A DNA stretch of 64,000 bases from a virus. The notes below the pieces were generated by a model. The model worked only from the letters and a program-made list of their open reading frames with translations. It did not search any database and was not told the DNA's origin. Both the position numbers and the translations under genes were made by a program. This document shows positions 55,928 to 64,000 of the stretch, piece after piece; within the stretch, counting starts at the first letter, position 1; every line of letters begins with the position of its first letter. The DNA lies in IMG/VR virus record IMGVR_UViG_3300023313_000003, positions 15,486 through 79,485 of that record; one strand, 5' to 3'.

Positions 55928-56151
55928 GGGAAGGGTGTACCATTTCCAGTAGTTATCACCAATAGGAGCTTGCCAATTCTCCATTCGAGAACTTAAGAAC
56001 TCTAGCGTTAAAACAGTAGATTTCCGTATTCACGTTTTATTTTGCTACTTCCTTCGGCTAACCAACTTTATCAGTGTTGTGCTTTGGAACATCCTTACCA
56101 TTTAAGGCAAAGGCATTTAAACTATATTGCCAGTTATGACCTGACCTTCCC
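55928..56151 (-). ncRNA. Candidate structured non-coding RNA (~225 nt), family unrecognised
   Basis: About 40% GC intergenic block closed by GGGAAGG/CCUUCCC; several internal helices; G-U pairs favour the minus strand. Confidence 0.5.
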
Positions 56152-56159
56152 ATAATTAG

Positions 56160-56837
56160 TTATACTAAATATCCACGTTTACGATAAGCTTCAAGTATTG
56201 ACTGCTTAAGTATCTCAACGAATCTATCTTCAAATTCAAATATAGCAATAGATTCTGCATATTTATAATCAAAGCATGGTTCACCAATAATACTAGTGCA
56301 ATTAACTTTAGACATTTTATCTAACATTCCTGCACCATTATGTTTCTTATCTACTAAGAAGACTCCATCACCATGTCTTTGTTTTATTCCAATTTCAGCT
56401 AACTTATCTGTAAATATATCAGCTAAAAAATTATCAAAGTTATCTCTAGTCCCTTTAGCTACTAATCCTTCAGATCCTTTACCACCATCTGTTGAATTGA
56501 AGTGAGAGTTATATCCAAATGAAATCTCACCTTTAGTTATCTTTTTAATTTTATTAGCAACTGCTCGACATTCATGAGAGTAACCTCCAATAGAAGGTCT
56601 TTCGATTAAATGGATAGGGATTACAGTATCTTGCATAGAAATTTGAAGTTTACTTCCAATCCTATTAGCCCAAGGATTCTCTGACTCACCTAAATAATTA
56701 ACAGTTCCTTGTCTTTTACTATTATGTCCTGAGATATAGAAGAAGTGAGGTAAGCCTCTTAAATCGGCCATAGCACTCACAACTGGATTATCCTTAACAA
56801 CTACTGGTTTTATCTTCTTAAGTGTCTTACAAATCAT
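56160..56837 (-). CDS. N-acetylmuramoyl-L-alanine amidase (Amidase_3), probable endolysin
   Basis: SGH...G, E, SHFNS, GSE and IIGEPCF zinc/catalytic motifs. Confidence 0.82.
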   Translation of the reverse strand: MICKTLKKIKPVVVKDNPVVSAMADLRGLPHFFYISGHNSKRQGTVNYLGESENPWANRIGSKLQISMQDTVIPIHLIERPSIGGYSHECRAVANKIKKITKGEISFGYNSHFNSTDGGKGSEGLVAKGTRDNFDNFLADIFTDKLAEIGIKQRHGDGVFLVDKKHNGAGMLDKMSKVNCTSIIGEPCFDYKYAESIAIFEFEDRFVEILKQSILEAYRKRGYLV

Positions 56838-57154
56838 TTTGATGCCTCATTCGTGTATTTATTAGCAAGAGATAATGACTGAGCTTTCTTAGCTATCTCT
56901 GACTCCCCAGAAAGAACTGACTCACATCCTAACGCATAGTGCATAAAGCTAAAGATTAGATTATTCTTTACCCCTTGGATATGTTCTTCGGGAACTTCCA
57001 TCTCTTTTTCTTGTGCGCTAGTAATTTCATCCTTAACTCTATTAAAATCATCAACTAAAGAATCAAATAACATTTTGAATCTTTCTTTGATTTCTTTAAT
57101 TGTAGGGTCTTTTTCGTCTAACCATTTAATTTCTGATACTTTCATAAAAAACAA
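56834..57154 (-). CDS. Hypothetical protein
   Basis: Coupled ORF. Confidence 0.6.
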   Translation of the reverse strand: MFFMKVSEIKWLDEKDPTIKEIKERFKMLFDSLVDDFNRVKDEITSAQEKEMEVPEEHIQGVKNNLIFSFMHYALGCESVLSGESEIAKKAQSLSLANKYTNEASK

Positions 57155-58065
57155 GCCTCCATTAGCTGTTGTGGGATTATACTCACTATTCCATTTCCTA
57201 TCAACTTATATCTTTGAGTATCTGATACTTGGTATCTTTCACCTTTCTTGTTAATTCCATACTTAGTAAAATCATCAGGCCATAACATTAATCGTTCGGC
57301 TTCTACTGGAGTAATTCTTCTAAGAGAACCATCTGGTTTTACGACAAAGTTACCACTAGATAAACTCCCACAACCATCTCCAGTTGTTAAAGTATTAGCA
57401 TCATCTTCAATCCTTGCTCTATGATCTATATGGTTTTGTCTGGTGCTTCTGGAATAAGCAATAAATATCGATCTGTCTTTACGAATACCATGTCTTTCAA
57501 GGTAGTCAATGCCTTTTGGCCTAACAACTGCACGACTTCCTTTGATGAATCGTACTTGCTTGATGGGTTTTCCTCTAAGATTTCCGACAATGAATAGTCT
57601 TTTTCTTCTTTGGGGTACTCCGAACGCTGATGAATTGAGAACTTGCCATTGGAGATCGTACCCAACTTCGGCCAGCATACTTTGAATAATGGTGAAGTCT
57701 CTTCCATTATTAATGGAAGTAACATTTTCAACATTTTCCCAGATAAAATATGAAGGTTGTCGCTCTTTAAGGATTTTGACATAACTAAAGAATAATCCAG
57801 ATTTTCCTTCAAGTCCTTCTCTTGTTCCAGCAATGCTAAAACTTTGGCAAGGTGTTCCTCCTGTGAGAATGTCAAAATCGGGTAAGGTCTTTGTGAATCT
57901 TGCATGAGTCATATCTCCATAATTTTTTATTGTTGGGTAATTATATTTTAATACTGAACTAGCATATTTATCTATCTCAGAGAACCCTACTGTTTTAAAC
58001 TTTCTTGGATCTAAAGATAAATCAAATCCATTTACTCCTGAACATACAGACATAATCTTAAACAT
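57142..58065 (-). CDS. DNA (cytosine-5) methyltransferase, alpha polypeptide
   Basis: CSGVNG (I), EID, GDM, GGTPCQSFSIAG (IV), ENV (VI), PQRRKR (VIII), RRITPVEAERL and YKLIGNG (X). Confidence 0.93.
   Translation of the reverse strand: MFKIMSVCSGVNGFDLSLDPRKFKTVGFSEIDKYASSVLKYNYPTIKNYGDMTHARFTKTLPDFDILTGGTPCQSFSIAGTREGLEGKSGLFFSYVKILKERQPSYFIWENVENVTSINNGRDFTIIQSMLAEVGYDLQWQVLNSSAFGVPQRRKRLFIVGNLRGKPIKQVRFIKGSRAVVRPKGIDYLERHGIRKDRSIFIAYSRSTRQNHIDHRARIEDDANTLTTGDGCGSLSSGNFVVKPDGSLRRITPVEAERLMLWPDDFTKYGINKKGERYQVSDTQRYKLIGNGIVSIIPQQLMEACFL
57426..57905 (-). CDS. Alternative-frame beta polypeptide of a heterodimeric C5-MTase (M.EcoHK31I beta-like)
   Basis: 159-aa same-strand ORF nested in the MTase; WPKLGTISNG and SLSEILEE.P..KY motifs typical of beta subunits. 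Confidence 0.65.
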   Translation of the reverse strand: MQDSQRPYPILTFSQEEHLAKVLALLEQEKDLKENLDYSLVMSKSLKSDNLHILSGKMLKMLLPLIMEETSPLFKVCWPKLGTISNGKFSIHQRSEYPKEEKDYSLSEILEENPSSKYDSSKEVVQLLGQKALTTLKDMVFVKTDRYLLLIPEAPDKTI

Positions 58066-58232
58066 TAGTTCTTCCTGTTTTGTCTTCTTGATTTCTTTGC
58101 TTGTTTTCTTTTAGCTTTAGTAATTCTTTTACGTTCCTCGGGAAGAGGAATACATTGCAAAGCTTCTTTCCAATTCTTTCCATACTTAGCTCTTAGTAAT
58201 TTAATCTGACCTAATGTTAATTTAGTTCCCAT
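58065..58232 (-). CDS. Small basic protein (55 aa, not in ORF track)
   Basis: MGTKLTLGQIKLL...KKSRRQNRKN; AAAGGA RBS; stop overlaps the MTase start. Confidence 0.6.
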   Translation of the reverse strand: MGTKLTLGQIKLLRAKYGKNWKEALQCIPLPEERKRITKAKRKQAKKSRRQNRKN

Positions 58233-58458
58233 TAGCTAATCCTTTATTATATTCATATTCTGATTGAGTAACTTCAGTTCTAGCGATAAAATTAACATCA
58301 TTATCACCAAGCCCTGCTTCGATAATAACCATGTCCTCAAAGCTCTTGAGACAAAACTCATTACCAAAATCAACTGATATATACTCTCGACCAAATCCAA
58401 ATCCATTACCTTTTAATCTTGCATAGTATGATACTAAGTAATATTTTTTGTTATTCAT
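58222..58458 (-). CDS. Hypothetical protein
   Basis: Coupled ORF. Confidence 0.65.
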   Translation of the reverse strand: MNNKKYYLVSYYARLKGNGFGFGREYISVDFGNEFCLKSFEDMVIIEAGLGDNDVNFIARTEVTQSEYEYNKGLANGN

Positions 58459-58901
58459 AAGATTTCTCCTAGTCTGTTTGCAAATTCTTCTAGCTTTGAA
58501 GCTATTCCTCTGCGAGTTAATGATGCTGTTCTTGTATTAACAACTTCAAGATAGTCTCTAATATCATATTTGAGTTGTCTAATTATTTTTGATTTAGGTA
58601 TCTTTATTTTTAATTTTATAGGATAGTTATTAGTCAATCTCCAAACTGTTGCCGTTTGACCTGTCACTTTACATTTACGAGATCCTACTTCTTCAGCTAC
58701 ACCCATATCTCTAAGCTCACCAAGTCTAGTTGTTAGGTTAGAGCTAGTCGAACTACTGCTATAACTAAAGCAAGCATACAATTCACTTCCTGTTGAATTA
58801 GGGTGTCTATATAATTCTTTATAAACTTTTTCCTTCATCCCAGATATTAGACCACTATCTAAAGCTTCTTTATATGCTTGTCTGCTTATTAATCTAACCA
58901 T
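58455..58901 (-). CDS. Winged-HTH DNA-binding protein
   Basis: S..AY, T..EL, TRLGELRDMG and R.C..TG..A.VW. Confidence 0.75.
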   Translation of the reverse strand: MVRLISRQAYKEALDSGLISGMKEKVYKELYRHPNSTGSELYACFSYSSSSTSSNLTTRLGELRDMGVAEEVGSRKCKVTGQTATVWRLTNNYPIKLKIKIPKSKIIRQLKYDIRDYLEVVNTRTASLTRRGIASKLEEFANRLGEIL

Positions 58902-58979
58902 TACTGACTCCTATACTTTTACTTATATATTGTTATATAATAGATAATATCAAGGAAGATATTAAAGGCCAAGGAAGGC

Positions 58980-59378
58980 CTACCCTTCTATATGCTCTAT
59001 GGGATAATGATCATCTATATATTTAATTACTTTAAGATTAATATCTTCCTTGTTTGAATCAAAGATCCTACCAACCCATCGAGTAAATGATTGTTTACCT
59101 GTAGCAATAAGGCAAAAGTAACCTTCATTTGCATCAACTAGTTCTTGAAGAAAAGCTTTTTCATTTTTAGCCAAATGTTTAGTTAATGCTGAACCTCCTC
59201 TAACTTCATGAGCAAACACATCTTCCATTCTAATATGTAAAGAGATTGAAGCATGGAATCCTAAGTCAACTAGAACTTCAACAGTGTCTCCATCAATAAC
59301 TCGTACTACTTTACATAAATATCTATTTTGCTTATATAAATCATTCTTATTCATAATTACCTCAATTTCACCTGGCAC
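58980..59378 (-). CDS. Thermonuclease (SNase)-like protein
   Basis: VVRVIDGDTVEVLVDLGF...IR....A.E. Confidence 0.85.
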   Translation of the reverse strand: MPGEIEVIMNKNDLYKQNRYLCKVVRVIDGDTVEVLVDLGFHASISLHIRMEDVFAHEVRGGSALTKHLAKNEKAFLQELVDANEGYFCLIATGKQSFTRWVGRIFDSNKEDINLKVIKYIDDHYPIEHIEG

Positions 59379-59980
59379 TTAAATTTTTTGATTACACCTT
59401 TATTAGTCTTCATTAATAGTTCTTCACCATTAACTGCTTTAACTAAAAGATCATCTGTTCTTCTAACATCTCCACGACAATACTCAAGGACTTCCATACA
59501 TTTTCCATTTCTCCAATGTTGAGGTGCATACCCTCCTTGCATTTCCTTTTGATCTCCGAGAGTTGGAATTGAAACACTTTCAAGTTTAACTCTATGACCT
59601 AATGCTTCTGAGAAATCACGACATAAATCAATCATTCTTCCTTTAAAACTATTCTCTACATATCTTTTAGAGTAAGGATTTTCTGGAGTTAAAAGAGATC
59701 CACCTAGTAATGGGAAATCAAATCCAATAGTATTATAGCCAACAATCATTTGATGCTTATTTAGATAACCAAAACATCTAAAAGCAGATTCATCAGTAAC
59801 AAAATCTTTATAGACTCCTTCATGATTTACAGTGCAAGCACAAGCAATTCCTAAGAACTCTGCATTATCAAAACCAAAAGGCTTTGAAACATCTCGTAAA
59901 CATTCTATGTCAAAGGTTGCTCTTGACATTGATTGAAGCATTGCTGGAGTAACTATTATTGGTGTGCTTTCTGTTTTCAT
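59357..59980 (-). CDS. RNase H-fold 3'-5' exonuclease (YprB/PolB-exo-like)
   Basis: FDIE, VGYN..GFD.P.L, IDL and EYC..DV. Confidence 0.82.
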   Translation of the reverse strand: MKTESTPIIVTPAMLQSMSRATFDIECLRDVSKPFGFDNAEFLGIACACTVNHEGVYKDFVTDESAFRCFGYLNKHQMIVGYNTIGFDFPLLGGSLLTPENPYSKRYVENSFKGRMIDLCRDFSEALGHRVKLESVSIPTLGDQKEMQGGYAPQHWRNGKCMEVLEYCRGDVRRTDDLLVKAVNGEELLMKTNKGVIKKFKCQVKLR

Positions 59981-60282
59981 TGTTTTTCACCTTTTATTAT
60001 CATTGAGGTTAGTATTGTTCCTTTATCTTCGCCTAATAAAACTTGTCTAGCTTTAATCATATTATCCTCAGATCCATTAGGAAGTAATGCAGTAGTGCAT
60101 TTTAGATGATTATCTGATTCTTCTAAGTAATCAAGTTGGAAACTTGATACAAGAGGAATATTATTATCCTTACATATCTTAATAACCTTAATCATTAATG
60201 GATTAATCTGATCATCGTAAATTTTTTCTATTGGCCCTGTTTGTGTTTTCATTGTAATTCTCCTATTTTGAATTTTATACAT
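59977..60282 (-). CDS. Hypothetical protein
   Basis: E.IYD.QI.PLM..II.ICK...IP motif. Confidence 0.7.
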   Translation of the reverse strand: MYKIQNRRITMKTQTGPIEKIYDDQINPLMIKVIKICKDNNIPLVSSFQLDYLEESDNHLKCTTALLPNGSEDNMIKARQVLLGEDKGTILTSMIIKGEKQ

Positions 60283-60449
60283 ATATTTACTAAAGCTTTA
60301 TGCTGTCCACTTGTTAATTGACCATATTTAATGAGAGCTTCTTGAATTGAGTCAAGGAAACTAGTATCAAAACCATCATTGTTTGTACTTGTTTTCCAAT
60401 CATAAACAGCATCAATCATTTCCTGTGAGTCTGATTTTTCATTGTACAT
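60249..60449 (-). CDS. Hypothetical protein
   Basis: F..S.......G.LT..Q..AL.NI motif. Confidence 0.65.
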   Translation of the reverse strand: MYNEKSDSQEMIDAVYDWKTSTNNDGFDTSFLDSIQEALIKYGQLTSGQHKALVNICIKFKIGELQ

Positions 60450-60703
60450 TATGATTGCTCCAGTTTTTGTAGCTCTGCATGAAGAAAATAAAAATCAGCC
60501 GAAACTTTATCTTTTAATTTATGACAAGCATCCATCTGATCTTGTAATTTAACTAGATTAACTATGTCATCTTCTTCAAGAATCGACATTCTAGCTTTCA
60601 ATACTTTTATATTGTTTCTGTGAGTTTTTAGTTGTTCTGTTTGATTGTCTATCTCTTTTTGAATTTGCTTCTTTCTTAAATCATTTGTCATTTGTACCTC
60701 CAT
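60449..60703 (-). CDS. Hypothetical coiled-coil protein
   Basis: 84-aa ORF. Confidence 0.6.
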   Translation of the reverse strand: MEVQMTNDLRKKQIQKEIDNQTEQLKTHRNNIKVLKARMSILEEDDIVNLVKLQDQMDACHKLKDKVSADFYFLHAELQKLEQS

Positions 60704-60761
60704 ATTTAGATTATGAAGTCTATTCTGTAATTTTTAATATAAAATGGCAAGAAAATAATTA

Positions 60762-62144
60762 TTAATCATTATCATTATCCATAAAATCAAAAAAATCTTT
60801 AGGAGCTTGACCTCCCATTACACCAAGGAAGTTATCTATACTGTTAATTTCTCCAGAACCTCCGTATTCATCAGCATACCAATTGGCCATAGCAATACTA
60901 ATAACACAATCATCATGTCTCCCTGCTGGTGCTGAATAAGAGATCTTGCCTGTTCTTGTTATCTTATATTCGAACAACTCAAACTCTTGTCTTATAGTTC
61001 TTATGTTTGGGATTCTGATATTGTCATAATCACAAGATAAAATTAGTCTATTAATTAAATCATTCTTAGATTCATTAGTGAACTTATAAGGGTAAGCATT
61101 AACTGTTAAGAAGTCAGCTAATGAAGCTCCGATACCTGTTGCATCAAAGATAACGTCACAAGAATCGAACATCTTAGAAACTCTTTCTATATCTTTAACT
61201 ACTATTTTATAATCTGTTTTATTATATCTTCTATAATAATGTAGTTTTCTAGTATTAGTGTTAAGCACAGAAAGAACTGTATAATCTTTAGATTTAGCTA
61301 GATCGGCAGACAATACATATTGACTACTTTCTATTTCGCTACTATCTGGAATATCTTTCCACTCTTGTTGATCTGATTCAAAGTCTATTTGTTTTCCTGC
61401 AAATATTGATTCTAAATTCCTGAATGTTCCACCTGAGTTGTCGATAAACTCTGCATCGAACTCTTGCTTTCTAATATGTTCAGGAAGATCTTGCATTAAA
61501 TTAACTAGCAACTTAGGATAATCTGGCCTCTTCCACCAAGGTTGTTTAAATGAAATATAACTTTTTTTGTTTAAGTCCTGGCCATCTAAATATTTATAAT
61601 AAAACCAATTTTTACCCCTTGGTGTTGATATGAGAATAATCTTACAATTCTGTCTACGAGCAGTTGCTAAGATTTGTTTGTTAAAAACATCTTCAGCTAT
61701 CAAAGCAGCTTCATCTATAATAATTAAAGAGTAACCTTTTGAAACGATAGAATCTGGATTATCTGCTGATCTAAAAAATACTTTAGTATCGTTGAACATG
61801 TGAATTTCATTATCTGCTTTGAAATACTCCCAATACTTAAAGCTAGTTTCTTCACAGAATTGAGGTACGAATCGTTCACTAGTTAATTCATCATAACCAA
61901 AGAACACATCATCAACAGGAGATTTACATATCTTATAAGTAGGAGCAACCCACATAACTTGAGCCATAGGACTATGTAATAAATGAGGAATAACGATACT
62001 ATTAACAACCCATAGCGTTTTCCCCCAACCCCTAGCTGCATCTACTGTTATTACATTGGCCTGGGGATTCTTAGCTATTCCAGATAGAACTTCCATCTGA
62101 CCACCATGAGGAATATAATTTATCCTAAAAGGTGAAACTTCCAT
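60762..62144 (-). CDS. terL: Terminase large subunit
   Basis: PH.GQ, ARGWGKT, IIIDEAA, ISTPRG, QEF.AEF, nuclease DLAKSKDYT and HDD.V. Confidence 0.95.
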   Translation of the reverse strand: MEVSPFRINYIPHGGQMEVLSGIAKNPQANVITVDAARGWGKTLWVVNSIVIPHLLHSPMAQVMWVAPTYKICKSPVDDVFFGYDELTSERFVPQFCEETSFKYWEYFKADNEIHMFNDTKVFFRSADNPDSIVSKGYSLIIIDEAALIAEDVFNKQILATARRQNCKIILISTPRGKNWFYYKYLDGQDLNKKSYISFKQPWWKRPDYPKLLVNLMQDLPEHIRKQEFDAEFIDNSGGTFRNLESIFAGKQIDFESDQQEWKDIPDSSEIESSQYVLSADLAKSKDYTVLSVLNTNTRKLHYYRRYNKTDYKIVVKDIERVSKMFDSCDVIFDATGIGASLADFLTVNAYPYKFTNESKNDLINRLILSCDYDNIRIPNIRTIRQEFELFEYKITRTGKISYSAPAGRHDDCVISIAMANWYADEYGGSGEINSIDNFLGVMGGQAPKDFFDFMDNDND

Positions 62145-62145
62145 A

Positions 62146-62748
62146 TTACTTAGATTCCTCTTCAGTGTCTATTGCACTAACTTCTACTTCAATACTTGGC
62201 TTCTTCAGAATAGGCTTCTTATCTTCAGGTTGATATTCAAGCATATCTATAACTGAAGGCATACCTTCTGCTACTGCTGTTATCTTAGATGGGACTAATT
62301 TTTTATCTATATCTTTAACTTTAAGAAGATCTCTTGAGACAACTTCATGAAGCTTTAATGCTTGCTTCATTAATTGAGGAGGAACTGGTTCTCCATCTTT
62401 CAATAGCCTTAATCTTCTTTTTATATATTGAGACTGCTTAAAAAATAGTTCTCCAATATCACTAGCAATTCTTTTATATTTGATCTCACAGTCTTTCACT
62501 GTTTGAGTTACCATTTTCTCTCTAAACTCTTGCCTTTTTTTAGACCACTTCCCTACTTGAGCAACACTTTGAACTGTAGTATAGACAACATTATATTTCT
62601 CTGCTATTTGATTAATACTTAAATCGTTGGCAATATAGTCTTCACCCATTAACTTAAGTATTTCAATACTAACATTAATTTTTTCTCTGCCCCTATAATT
62701 CTTTCTTATCGCTTGCATCCCGACTTTTTCTAATTCACTCTTACTCAT
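62146..62748 (-). CDS. Terminase small subunit (putative)
   Basis: HTH (SINQIAEKYNV...TV) and W.K.R, directly upstream of terL. Confidence 0.7.
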   Translation of the reverse strand: MSKSELEKVGMQAIRKNYRGREKINVSIEILKLMGEDYIANDLSINQIAEKYNVVYTTVQSVAQVGKWSKKRQEFREKMVTQTVKDCEIKYKRIASDIGELFFKQSQYIKRRLRLLKDGEPVPPQLMKQALKLHEVVSRDLLKVKDIDKKLVPSKITAVAEGMPSVIDMLEYQPEDKKPILKKPSIEVEVSAIDTEEESK

Positions 62749-63032
62749 TTAATACTCCTATAATCCTGAAATATTCCTTCAATCATTATATCATTCATTT
62801 GAATTTTATTCATCTGTTGCTTTAAAATACTAATTTCCTTTCTAACTTCTGATTTAAGATTTTCCTCAAAAGAAACACAAGGTAGATTTATCGATGAAAT
62901 TAAAACTTCAGGTTCTTTAGTTTTCCCTTTTCTAATTAACTGAATTATAATTCCTTTGTAAGAATCCTTATACATTACAATCTTATTATAATCATCTTCT
63001 TGTATTACTATGAGATTATTAGTCATTTTCAA
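62745..63032 (-). CDS. Hypothetical protein
   Basis: Coupled ORF. Confidence 0.6.
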   Translation of the reverse strand: MKMTNNLIVIQEDDYNKIVMYKDSYKGIIIQLIRKGKTKEPEVLISSINLPCVSFEENLKSEVRKEISILKQQMNKIQMNDIMIEGIFQDYRSIK

Positions 63033-63619
63033 TCTCCAAGATATTGAGTTAGTTTAATTTTAATATTTTTCAATATATATATGACTTCAGTTTTTTTTAT
63101 TTTAGTCTGCTTGCTTATATCAATAGTGCTTTCTCCATGAACTAAATACCTGACAATAACCTTTTGCTCATTATCAGTTAAGGTATTCATTAAAACTTTA
63201 AATGATTGAGCATACCTGACCCAATCTTCTCCTGTTTCATAAAAGATTAGCTCTTCACTCTCAAACATCTCTTCAGGGCAATACAGCTTAGATAGCGAAT
63301 GTTTATATGTTTTACATTTTTTAGAAATATTTAAGAAAGCATAGTAAAGCATAGTAGAGCAGTAAGTTTCTATCTTAGCTTTCTTACTAGTATCAAAAGT
63401 CGCAACACCTTTCCAAAGAACAAGTCTAACTTGTTGAAGTAAGTCGTCAGTGTCCCATCCAAAAGTATCAAATACTGCTTTCCGATATTTGTAGATATAC
63501 TTATTAACTATATATTTCATTTCATTTTGAATGAGATGTTCTACTTTTATTCCATATTTTATATTCTGATCTGGAGTTATTGCTTCTAATATTAAAGCAG
63601 TCTTCCCTTTCTTAGCCAA
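63029..63619 (-). CDS. Phage RNA polymerase sigma factor (sigma70 family, regions 2 and 4)
   Basis: DDLLQQVRLVLWKGVATFD...TY (region 2); LTDNEQKVI......S..DIS (region 4). Confidence 0.82.
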   Translation of the reverse strand: MAKKGKTALILEAITPDQNIKYGIKVEHLIQNEMKYIVNKYIYKYRKAVFDTFGWDTDDLLQQVRLVLWKGVATFDTSKKAKIETYCSTMLYYAFLNISKKCKTYKHSLSKLYCPEEMFESEELIFYETGEDWVRYAQSFKVLMNTLTDNEQKVIVRYLVHGESTIDISKQTKIKKTEVIYILKNIKIKLTQYLGD

Positions 63620-63621
63620 AA

Positions 63622-63984
63622 CTAAACTCTTCTTTTTGGTATTCGGGGTGTGTAAAATATAAACATCAAGATAACATGGCCAACAGAAGATTGCTTCATC
63701 AGTTGAATCTTGTCGTAATCACCTTTAGCCATAAAATCATCAGTGTATTTATTAACTTCTTGAAAGGTAGATCCTCTAAATACTTCTATCTTAGTCTTAA
63801 CAAATTGTCTGCTTTCTAATCTAGGGATAACCAAGAGGTTAACAGCAGTAGAGCTATTAGCTCCCTCAGTAAACTCAGCATATTTAAGTTCATAATTATT
63901 AAGAACATAACTTATTACACGTTTTATTTCTTTAGGTTGTTTATTCCATTTTCCGAATTGGAATAAGAAGCTTCTCATTTTCAT
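63622..63984 (-). CDS. Hypothetical protein
   Basis: 120-aa ORF with AAGGA RBS. Confidence 0.6.
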   Translation of the reverse strand: MKMRSFLFQFGKWNKQPKEIKRVISYVLNNYELKYAEFTEGANSSTAVNLLVIPRLESRQFVKTKIEVFRGSTFQEVNKYTDDFMAKGDYDKIQLMKQSSVGHVILMFIFYTPRIPKRRV

Positions 63985-64000
63985 AACTATTCCTTGTCAA

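Noticed and set aside
55928-56151. Assigning the RNA as SRP (GUCAGGUC, GAAGGAAGUAGC), hammerhead (CUGAUAA...CGAA) or tmRNA (AUAACUGGC)
   Set aside because: The SRP-like pieces are far apart, the hammerhead core is not matched (no CUGANGA/GAAA), and there are no tRNA-like ends or tag frame.
37323-56505. Shadow ORFs 37323, 37561, 38523, 40795, 42107, 42729, 44224, 44492, 50169 and 56296
   Set aside because: They overlap better-supported genes and have implausible composition.
1-64000. tRNA genes, CRISPR array, integrase, DGR/reverse transcriptase, introns/inteins, stop-codon recoding
   Set aside because: None seen. Core genes are full length in code 11, and no cloverleaf, RT or splicing motifs were found by eye.
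1-64000. Vsr-type repair bias (GGTC to GGCC) as the cause of the GGCC excess
   Set aside because: GGTC/GACC is common throughout; only the full GGWCC is missing, which fits site avoidance better.

Overview
About 64 kb of an AT-rich (roughly 30% GC by eye) tailed dsDNA phage genome. It is probably a siphovirus: HK97-fold capsid, tail tube without a sheath gene, and a 1616-aa tape measure. Almost all genes are on the minus strand. Left to right: a truncated DnaB-like helicase and a divergent UvsW-like helicase around a hairpin-rich intergenic region; tail tip, fibres and holin; tape measure, G/GT chaperones with a -1 frameshift, tube and neck; capsid, scaffold, protease and a portal-MuF fusion; a plus-strand phosphoesterase/HEXXH pair; an early-type cluster of small genes with Ocr-like, acidic and mini beta-clamp proteins; a ~1.5 kb non-coding, repeat-rich region that may be the genome end; small genes plus SLT lipoprotein, dNMP kinase, a candidate structured ncRNA, amidase, a two-frame C5-methyltransferase and nucleases; then terminase and a sigma factor. 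No integrase, tRNA or CRISPR array was seen. The most notable observation is a genome-wide word pattern. By manual scan GGWCC is absent, and CCWGG, GGNCC, CCGG and CGCG occur only where overlapped by GCC. This suggests a GCC-directed methylation shield, possibly from the overlapping-frame MTase. Also notable: a shared late-promoter motif GTTGTAWATAT, nested domain insertions in a virion protein, covarying G.A-mismatch hairpins flanking tandem (anti-)Shine-Dalgarno repeats, a dif-like site and a ~225-nt structured RNA. All annotations are by motif recognition, without database searches.
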